NCBI GenBank assembly: GCA_000182565.2
Contig: KQ257453.1
Origin: Spizellomyces punctatus DAOM BR117
Taxonomy: Eukaryota
Length of the DNA: 11,226 nt
Reading direction: 5' to 3' (one strand)
Below the pieces are notes generated by a model. The model had not been told where the DNA came from. It did not search any database and was given only the letters and a program-made list of their open reading frames with translations. How positions within the stretch are numbered: position 1 is the stretch's first letter; every line of letters begins with the position of its first letter. Positions 1 to 7,763 of this stretch are shown here, piece by piece. Made by a program: the position numbers and the translations under genes.

Positions 1-198
1 TTCCCCCCTACAAAAGAAGTCGCAGGAAACAAATCAAACGCCGCCGTCCGTCCGCCTCCTCACTCCGTCGTCCTCCTCACCTCCCTCCGGCAGATGACCA
101 CCATGTACCAAAGCGTACTGACTAGGAGCAAGATCGATCGGGCGAAAAAACTCCTTTGTGCTGGATCGGCAAGAGGAAATTTGGATGATACGGGGTGA
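1..198 (+). CDS. Possible 3' end of an upstream gene (partial, product unknown)
   Basis: Frame 1 is open from base 1 to TGA 196-198 (FPPTKEVAGNKSNAAVRPPPHSVVLLTSLRQMTTMYQSVLTRSKIDRAKKLLCAGSARGNLDDTG*) and is followed by more AT-rich sequence. No recognisable motif. Confidence 0.25.
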   Translation, partial: FPPTKEVAGNKSNAAVRPPPHSVVLLTSLRQMTTMYQSVLTRSKIDRAKKLLCAGSARGNLDDTG

Positions 199-416
199 TG
201 ACGAACGTTAAATATATTAGCGATCTCCTACGTACACACTAAGGACTGATTCACATTAGTCTGCAGCCAGGATCACGCTAACTACAACTAGGCCTATACC
301 CCCAACCACGTCTGCATCGCCTTTACACCACTGGTAACTATATATACATGTCAACTGACGAAGTAGTACCAACACTCCTAATACCCCATCCAAACGCTTG
401 CACAACGTGGAGCGCC

Positions 417-497
417 CATAGGCCTGCTTTAAACACTCTAATTTTTTCAAAGTAAAAGTCCTGGATCCCCAGCGCACTCAATCAAGAGCACCAAGGG
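417..497 (-). rRNA. Isolated ~80-bp fragment of 18S (SSU) rRNA, V4 region; not a functional rRNA gene
   Basis: The minus strand reads CCCTTGGTGCTCTTGATTGAGTGCGCTGGGGATCCAGGACTTTTACTTTGAAAAAATTAGAGTGTTTAAAGCAGGCCTATG. The block CCAGGACTTTTACTTTGAAAAAATTAGAGTGTT(C/T)AAAGCAGGC is the conserved fungal 18S segment after the V4 expansion, and it is preceded here by a V4-like hairpin. The flanks do not continue as rRNA. Confidence 0.82.
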
Positions 498-1089
498 TCG
501 ATGAACCGTTCGAGAGTACATTCAAGGGAGTCGTCACCGTCATGGCTTGAGATGAAGCCTGCTTCAAAAAGCTGTCTTTCAACACTAACCCGTTGAAGTG
601 CACATATCATATTAGTCGATTGATGTCAAATGGCTCAGCAATATACCTGATCATGTTGTATGGAATATCTGCCTAGGATAGTATCTTGAGGAAGGAGGTC
701 TTCCAGATATGATGTGCTTGAACAACCGTTGTTCCAGAAGTGAGGATCCTAGCGCTCTGGGGAGAGTTTCATGGAGTAGGGTGGGAAGTATTCTTCTCCT
801 TGTCGTTCATTCTGTGGTTATTTTGGTTGTGGTGCTCGGTTGTGGTGGTTTTGTTCTATGCGTTTTGAATGGCGAAGGAAGGGAAACGGGTTCCCTTCTT
901 ATAGACGCGCAGAACAGCAGCGCCTCTGATATGACTCTAGGTGATCTCAAGTGACGGGTCTCCTCGCATTACCAGTATCCAATACGGGTTTACAAGTATC
1001 TTGCAGTATAATGAGGTTCCTACAACAACTAATCAAAAACATGTATCTAAAAAAAACCAACGTCTAAACATCTATACAAGTTGAAATTT

Positions 1090-2024
1090 CTATATGATGG
1101 AAACGATGGCCAGCAGCATCGCTCCCATCAAGGTTCCCATCAGTGCACTGCTCTGGACAGCAGCAGCTGTCACAAATTGGTCAGGCCCGGTAGGGTTGGG
1201 TGGTTTCCACCCACGTTTGGGCTTCTCGCTTGGAAACCCGCCCTTGGATGCTGTTACGCAGTATCCCCCGACAATCGACGACGCCCCAGAATTATCGCCA
1301 ATCTCGCCACATGTGGATGACCCAGCGTACCCAACCATAGAGTTATATTTGCAATTCCCGCAGGTGGAGTTGCAGTAATCGCGGATGTAGACGGATCCAT
1401 CCTTTTGGCAGGAGAGACGCATGTATCGCTGGGGGCCTGCGTCGCGGCATTGGCCGTCGGCGAGACGGGCTGTGCGGACCCAGTTGTCCGTTGTCGAGTC
1501 TTTGTTTTTGATGGTTTTGCAGCGCTCAGCACCGATGCTGTTATCATATTCCGTTACTGTAAAGAAGTTATCAGCATTTTGCAACGCTTAAAGCCAAATT
1601 TACTTGGTCATGAACACATACAGATGGCAAAGGTTCCACCATTTGCTCCCTCCGGAAAGAAATCTCCATTGACTCTATCTGGGTTATTTCCCTCGGGATC
1701 AATACAAGGCATCCAGGTCGAGTTTGCACCAAAGTTTGTCAGAACGGCTTGATCGGCAGTACAGCCTGTGGCTGCCAGATTTTTGCAGTTGTCGGCGCTC
1801 CAGTCTTTGTTCTTGTTCTGGACTGTTTAGAAGGAAGGAGGATTAGCCGGTTATTGCATAGAGTGAGGCAGTAAACATGATATGGGAGACGTACTGATCC
1901 AATCGACCTTGTTGGCCATGCCTTGACAGTTGTTTGATGAAAACTCTTGGTTTCCTCTGATAAAGGCTGTCGTAGTGCCCTGGAGGGCCGCTGCCACTGC
2001 GAGGAAAAGGATGTGTCGTGACAT
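1090..2024 (-). CDS. Secreted cysteine-rich surface protein, probably GPI-anchored, 265 aa; exons 2024-1895, 1822-1622, 1556-1090
   Basis: ATG at 2024 gives a signal-peptide-like N-terminus MSRHILFLAVAAALQGTTTA. Intron 1 is 1894-1823 (72 nt, GTACGT...GCTAAT...CTAAACAG) and intron 2 is 1621-1557 (65 nt, GTATGT...GCTGAT...TTTACAG). Splicing keeps frame (130+201+467=798 nt) and joins the 1090..1584 ORF. The protein has 12 Cys, a Pro/Gly/Lys linker and a terminal hydrophobic stretch SALMGTLMGAMLLAIVSII* with no cytoplasmic tail. Confidence 0.88.
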
Positions 2025-4348
2025 GAGGTACTCGTCAACAGCCTAACCAAGACTGTGTGCGTTGGTCGCAACTTGTTTTTGCAGCGGTTTCTTCGTAGCG
2101 GAAGGCAGGTTCCTCGCTGTTTGGCAACTTGAACGAGTGCCAACAGCCGATGGTCCGCCATTGATGTCATTTACCGTAAATTGTTTATCACAACTTTTTT
2201 TTTCTTTTGATTCAGCACACGACTAGCAAAAACGGCCAAAAATCGGCGCGCAAAAAAAATAATTCGAAACAAGACTTGCTGCTCTTTGGTTTTTGGGTTT
2301 TGCTTTACGGGAAACCGTTGTCGTGCCATGGCCGTGGCGGTTGGTCGACGGCCCTCCGACGATAGACAAGGGCGGCATCCTTTGACGACGACGGCAACTG
2401 CCACGGCGGGTGACATAATCACAATTGATCCTGTTTCTCCTCTGGCCAGTGATAGGTGACTCTTTGCAACATCACGAGATTGGGATTCCCCCACCTTCTG
2501 TGGACCATCTTTTGTTCCCTAAGCAAGTCCCAAGCGGTGATTCTATCGCTTTTCTTCTCTTTTAACAGCAATGACACGAGACATACAAAATGTCAAGCAG
2601 TCCTCGAGGGATTCTGTAGAGAGCATTCTATGATGTGCACAGTCCTCCATCATTTTCACCGCAGTACACCAACTAGTGTTTCTGCCTTCACACTCCCTGT
2701 TTGCCAAAGCCATTCATATGAGGGATTTATGATCACACATTTCAATTCTTCACTCCGCCTTCGACTGACTGTACAGCCTGCAACAGTGTTTGCAAAAATG
2801 TTTACCTGCATCTTGTCAGGCAAGATGCCCTGTCATAAGTTGTTGTAGCGGAACTTTTGGTTTCCGCCGATGTCCTAAATCTCACTGCAGCGAATTCGGA
2901 CTCTCGCTGCGATAAAAGAGACATCACAGAACCCCAAACAAAGGCTTCGTTAACTGGGGCAAAGAGGCAAGGTGAATCGGTTGGGGTGAACTGAGCAGGA
3001 TTTGGCGGCGCACGAGTGGGGTGATCAGTCGGAAGGTGGTGGTGGTAGGAACGATAGATTTGGGTTGTGATGTCGCTTGCAGGCATGTCGTTGCCTGCTG
3101 CGACCCTTGCTATTTATCCCAGCCCAAAACATCGAGATACAGTATTCTTGAACATTGCAATAGTATTGGAGAACGAGTACTGACTTTTCTTACTTCCACG
3201 TGGTTATCAGCTTTTAACAGTATCATATCTGTGTTTGTATGGCGGGGATCAACGGCTGGTGTCCAATCAAGATCTGATTGAAATTATAGTCCTTGTCGGA
3301 CTATCTTGATTTATTGACATGTCTGACCAGATGGGGCCACAAAGGGCAATTGTACTAGTACATTATTTTAAAAAAGGACACCGACGCGCCATATCCATCG
3401 AGTCAGAAATCACCATACACAGCTGTAACTTTCATTCGTGGTGGGCAGCAAAAGGCCGCGGAGGTCAGTCGAATAGGTGCACCATTACTTGCAGAACACA
3501 GTGATTTTCAGAACACTTGCGGCCGACAAATTTCGTAATGATGGAACGATATGTCGTTATTGATTGCCGTGCGCGGGTGATTGTTCCTGCACCCCGAGGG
3601 GAGGCATTTGTCTCATATGGTTGCTCTGAGCTGGAGTCTCCTTTTGATCAAATCTTTGCAGAGCCTGTGGGGACAAAAGATCCTAATGAGAACACCTACG
3701 ATCAAGGATTACGGATGTCCATGTGTTCCAGAATGATGTTGTTTCTTGCTTTAAAGGTTTAATTGGAGATCGCGATCAGCTTCCATGAACTCACTATCTA
3801 GCAACTGTGTGCAACGGTGCATCTGCTCATCAGAACTATCCCCGCTTCCCCTTGGTAGTGCAGAGCAATGAGCAGTCACTCACCAGGCACCATCACTTAC
3901 GTAGCCCCACTATATTCATAACTTTATTACTATGTCGGTGCAAGGAGGATTCGTCTCCGGTAGTGCGGAGTCTTATCGTGCAAAGCGAACAGAAAAAACG
4001 CGTGGATCGCCCAATCTCACGTTGAAAGTGTGCTATTGTAGGAGTTATACAAGCGCGGCACAACACAGTACCTCAAGATCCCACTTTTCTTGCGCGGAGC
4101 TTTGAGACTGGTGGGAGACAAGACGTCGGTGCGTTATCAAAAGTCTCGCTCGCGCGACCGTCTGCTCATGGGGAGAATAGCAGCCATCGCGGGGTTAACA
4201 TGCTTATGCCCCCGTATCAATTCGGGTGTACAGTTTGTTCACAGTTCGTTGGGTTTGATCGTGGGGTGCAGCGCTGCCCGGAGAATGACCGCTTTAGCAA
4301 GTTTCCCCGTATAATACAAATCCTGTTCTTCTGACAAATGACCATAAC

Positions 4349-4355
4349 TATAAAA
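4349..4355 (+). promoter_or_regulatory. Candidate TATA box for the gene starting at 4481
   Basis: TATAAAA about 130 nt upstream of the ATG; position only. Confidence 0.3.
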
Positions 4356-4480
4356 GCATCATGCCGGTGGTTTCCCATTGAATGTAAAATCTACTCCTGC
4401 TTCAGAGGATCGTTGAACGGTTCTTGATTGCTTATACCTCATAATAGCTCCAGTGAAGCCAACGTTACGCACACCATACT

Positions 4481-5986
4481 ATGAAAGCCTGGTTTATTAC
4501 CGCTGTCCTTGTCGCACCCCTTGTTGCGGCTCTTCCGCCGGTTCCCAAGGATGGTGAATTGCATTGTATTGGCGCTTGTCAGCAAGGAGGTACGTCTGCA
4601 AACATTGAGATCAGTCATAAATTCAAGTCTCCAACATGAATCTGTGCATGTTCACACAGATCCCAATTCTCTGATGGGCCGCGTCCTTGAGGCCAAGAAG
4701 GCCGATTGGGAGCAATGCGAAACTTCTACTTCATTGGTTTGCAAGGCCCAACAGAACAGCAGTTCATTTGCCCCCACTGCATCCCTCCAGAGCGTCGGAT
4801 ACAAAAAGTGTGCTAACGGATTTGTAAGTACCAATTCGCAGCAGAAGTCGCCGTGTACTATTGAATAAACCTTCTACTGTATTTGTAGGCTGGAGACTAC
4901 CCATGCAAAGGAGTCGACCTCCTATCCTTCATTCCCCACACCGAGCTCGGAAGCCAAGGTAACGGCAACGACATCTGGGGATGGACGGACCCAACCACCA
5001 AGCGCGAGTATGCCATCATCGGTCAAACAGATGGCACTGCCTTTGTGGACATTACCAGTCCATCGTCCCCAATCTTCCTTGGACGTTTGGCCTCCAACGT
5101 CAACGCCAAAGTACCCTGGAGGGATATCAAAGTCTTTAAGGACCATGCGTTCATCGTCGCTGATGACTCGTCCAATGCACATGCATGCAGGTGTTTGACC
5201 TTCGTACCTTGAGAGCGTTACTCGGCCAAGGATCACAAAGCCGTGCTGACTTACAGAGAAGTCGGAAAGACCCACAACATTGCCATTAACGAGGAGACTG
5301 GGTTTGCGTACCTTGTCGGCTCTCGTACCTGCAATTCGGGTCTGCACATGGTAGACATTAATACCCCGGCCGCTCCCAAGTTTGTTGGATGCGCGAGCTC
5401 TGACGGCTATACCCACGACGTTCAAGTCGTTAACTACAAGGGACCTGATTCTCGCTACCGTGGTCGGGAGATTGCGTTCGCATCCAATGAGGATACTGTC
5501 ACATTCTGGGACGTTACTGACAAGTCGTCGCCCAAGATACTCTCTCGCACTGGATACACGGGTGCTGCGTACACTCACCAGGGATGGCTGACCGAGGACC
5601 ATCAGTACTTTCTCGTTGACGACGAACTCGACGAGAAGAATGGTTCAGACAAGCACACCAAGACCTACATCTGGGACGTCCGCTCCCTCACTGCTCCCAA
5701 GCATATTGGTACCTACAGCGCCCCGGTAACCTCAATCGACCACAACCTGTACATCAAGGGCAACTATGCTTACCTCGCAAACTACGGCTCCGGCTTGCGC
5801 GTCCTCGATATTTCAAAGGTTGCGCAAGCGAAGCTGCAAGAAGTTGCTTACTTTGATGTCACCCCCGAGAAGAATGAGGCCGTCTTTGAAGGATCTTGGT
5901 CTAGCTACATCTACTTTCCCTCTGGAAACATTGTTGTGAACTCTATTGAGAGAGGATTCTTTGTGGTCAAGACGACCACCATTTAG
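4481..5986 (+). CDS. Secreted choice-of-anchor B family / LVIVD-repeat beta-propeller protein (~457 aa if repaired); exons 4481-4589, 4660-4823, 4889-5986; apparent frameshifts at ~5183, ~5215 and ~5242
   Basis: Signal-peptide-like MKAWFITAVLVAPLVAA. Introns 4590-4659 (GTACGT...CACAG) and 4824-4888 (GTAAGT...TGTAG) keep frame. Family motifs: CANGFAGDYPCKGVDLLS, NDIWGWTDP-T-REYAIIG, WRDIKV, HNIAINEETGFAY, YTHDVQVV, AYTHQGWLTED, DDELDE, IDHNLY, ANYGSGLRVLD, GSWSSYIYFPSG, SIERGFFVV. As assembled there is an in-frame TGA at 5210-5212. Confidence 0.88.
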
Positions 5987-6252
5987 ACTATGCTATAATA
6001 ACCGTGCGTAGGATAGGATACCCTGTAGTTCTAGTAGTTCTATGAAACTTTGTACCTCGTCATTGTTGATCAATCGCAGGCATAATGCAGATAATTGCAA
6101 GCCAGAATAAGACCTCGGCTCCTGTAGTCACGTGACTAAAGATTATGTAATAAGATGAGGAACGACCAGAAGAAGAGGGGGTTGTAGAGATATGATGAGT
6201 CACATCAAACGCGTTCCTCTCTGCTTTCTTCCCTCTTCACACTTTGAATAAT

Positions 6253-6284
6253 CATAGTGCGGAGCCGATTGGTATTGGCACTAG
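6253..6284 (+). repeat. Left end of Fanzor1 element: CATA motif (6253-6256, TA as putative TSD) followed by terminal repeat GTGCGGAGCCGATTGGTATTGGCACTAG
   Basis: Seen directly: CATA, then a 30-nt stretch with an internal inverted pair TAGTGC (6255-6260) / GCACTA (6278-6283), about 165 nt upstream of the Fanzor ATG. From knowledge: SpuFz1 uses a 5'-CATA TAM and its element has TIRs. As I recall it, the 3' end of its omegaRNA scaffold (...CUAGUGCCAAUACCCACCGGCUCCGCACUA) is nearly the reverse complement of this stretch. The partner right TIR lies outside the window. Confidence 0.75.
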
Positions 6285-6360
6285 TACATAGATTCCAACC
6301 AATTTAATCATAATTTTACTCGATTTAGACTCATGAACTATGGTTTGATCCAAAAAATCC

Positions 6361-6367
6361 TATATAA
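6361..6367 (+). promoter_or_regulatory. Candidate TATA box of the Fanzor gene
   Basis: TATATAA about 60 nt upstream of ATG 6420, followed by a pyrimidine-rich leader. Confidence 0.4.
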
Positions 6368-6419
6368 GTTGTCGTCGCGCATTTTCCCAGGCTTTCATCT
6401 TTTTCCACAGATATCATCA

Positions 6420-7004
6420 ATGCCACCAAAAAAGAAGCAAAAGCTTGAAAACCCTACTTGCTTACATACCTGCAACAAGACTTCCTTTGCAAAAGCTTTC
6501 CTGCCAAATGACATCTACCGCCAATGGCTTTTAGATTACATCGCCATCATCCATCAACTCGCCGACCACGCTTCCCATGCTCTCAAATTCTACATCCTAT
6601 CTGCACCAACCTTCACCGTGAACGAGGAGACCATCGAAGCGATTCTCTATCTTCTCAACAAGGGGGAGGCTTGGCATCCAAGAAAGGAAGCAAAGAAGGC
6701 ATGGCGGGATTGTTTGCTGCCATATGTTCAACGGTACTGCCACATCATCAGCTTCGTTCATCCAAATCTACAAAAAGAGCAGCAGTCAATCAATTACCTG
6801 ACAGCGAGTATGATGACGAACCTGAAAGTCAACGTTCAAGAGCATTTCATGCAGATGCTCCTTTGGTACATTAATCTGCGGCTCGATGTGAAGGGACAGA
6901 AGCAGCGACTGAAAAGCGATGCGCGAAACGCTTTCTTTGCTCGTCTTCACTACTTGAAGTCAATTTTCCTTTTTGATATCGTGCCCGAGTCACTCGATGA
7001 CTTG
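6420..7004 (+). pseudogene. Fz1: Fanzor1 RNA-guided endonuclease, N-terminal 195 aa (NLS and WED/REC region); RuvC half separated by the retrotransposon insertion
   Basis: MPPKKKQKL...LHTCNKTSFAKAFLPN...LLDYIAIIHQLADHASHALKFYILS...IEAILYLLNKGEAWHPRKEAKKAWRDCLLPYVQRYC...EQQSINYLT-SMMTNLKVNVQEHFMQMLL-YINLR-DVKGQKQRL...YLKS-FLFD-VPE-LDDL closely matches the N-terminus of S. punctatus Fanzor1 as I recall it. Similarity stops exactly at 7004. The ORF track start (6333) is upstream of the likely true ATG (6420). Confidence 0.92.
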
Positions 7005-7604
7005 TGTAACGACGAGGACGTCTTCGAGAGATCGCGAGTAAGCCCAAATCGGACGCGGGAAGCACGAATCGCGTGACCAACTCCACCGATTGGGTTACCG
7101 CGACCGAAAAAACCGGTTCGGAGAATGGCAATTGGCGCATTAGATTTCAGCGTGCCTCGTACAACCTGTGGAGGCCCGAGCCAGTGCGGAAAAGGAAGAG
7201 ATCGGTACCGCCACCAATAAATCAGTTGCGGTGCAGCGACACCCATTAGTTTAGTTTAGTTTAACAGTTTATCCAAGAATCTTGTATAAAAAGGATGTAT
7301 TCAATAAAATAAGTCGGGGGCAGAAGCCGTAGCGACAAAAAATCCCCATAACTCGCTTCTCAACTCCAATCTTAGGTTAACAGGAACCTAACAGAGCGCT
7401 TCAACGGCCTGATCACCCGTACCGAAGCCTCTAAATCCTGCTCGGTTCACAACTAACCGACTCTCCTTGCCTCTCGCCCTCAAGTCGCTACCGACGCCCA
7501 AAGAAAGGATTTGGAGACTACGATTCCTAGTACGGACACCCACACAACCTGCTAGGAGACCCAAGTTGTCTTTACTGTAGTCTACCAACAAAAAATCCGT
7601 TACA
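7005..7604 (+). repeat. 5' LTR, 600 bp
   Basis: Starts TGTAACG (7005-7011) exactly where Fanzor similarity ends and finishes CGTTACA (7598-7604), a perfect 7-bp terminal inverted repeat. Contains TATAAAA 7285-7291, AATAAA 7303-7308 and a short TTTAG iteration at ~7245-7262. The second LTR is not in the window, so the 3' boundary is inferred. Confidence 0.82.
7285..7308 (+). promoter_or_regulatory. LTR TATA box (7285-7291) and polyadenylation-like AATAAA (7303-7308)
   Basis: Canonical motifs in the AT-rich centre of the LTR. Confidence 0.45.
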
Positions 7605-7619
7605 CTTGACTGAGAAGCG
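7605..7619 (+). other. Primer-binding-site position, non-canonical (no TGG); possible self-priming site
   Basis: CTTGACTGAGAAGCG follows the LTR. TGAGAAGCG (7611-7619) is the exact reverse complement of CGCTTCTCA (7354-7362) in the LTR downstream of the TATA box. Confidence 0.35.
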
Positions 7620-7763
7620 CGACGAACCGCCTTCCCCTCTCAAATTCAGCTGAAAACCTTATTCGGTCGTACCGAAACTCTTGCGCAAACCGAGATCCGC
7701 TCAGGTAGCTACTCGGAAACCTTTTCTCTCGTTTCGGGAGACAGAACTTCACGAAACCCGAGA

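Larger units (their letters stand above)
6257..7004 (+). mobile_element. Fanzor1-encoding TIR transposon (Spu-1-like), 5' part; interrupted at 7004/7005 by an LTR retrotransposon
   Basis: Terminal repeat, TATATAA at 6361 and Fanzor N-terminal coding sequence, ending abruptly at the LTR start TGTAACG. Confidence 0.88.

Noticed and set aside
417-420. CATA at the edge of the rRNA fragment as a sign of Fanzor cleavage
   Set aside because: CATA is a common 4-mer, is probably part of the rRNA sequence itself (GGCCTATG), and Fanzor cuts distal to the TAM.
256-477. 73-aa minus-strand ORF
   Set aside because: Its first part is translated 18S rRNA sequence and it starts at GTG; not a credible eukaryotic gene.
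2456-4314. ORFs of 60-130 aa in the intergenic region (e.g. 2802-3086 minus, 3517-3762 plus)
   Set aside because: No recognisable domains and no consistent splice model; cannot be supported from sequence alone.
4922-5602. 226-aa minus-strand ORF
   Set aside because: Antisense shadow of the choice-of-anchor B exon; no motifs of its own.
6333-6419. Upstream in-frame ATG extending the Fanzor ORF by 29 aa, and an acceptor-like TTTTCCACAG at 6401-6410
   Set aside because: The extension spans the candidate TATA box, and homology starts at MPPKKKQK (6420). No convincing donor site for a 5' UTR intron.
7245-7262. TTTAG iteration as a telomeric or CRISPR-like repeat
   Set aside because: Only about 3 units, inside the LTR, with no spacers; ordinary low-complexity sequence.
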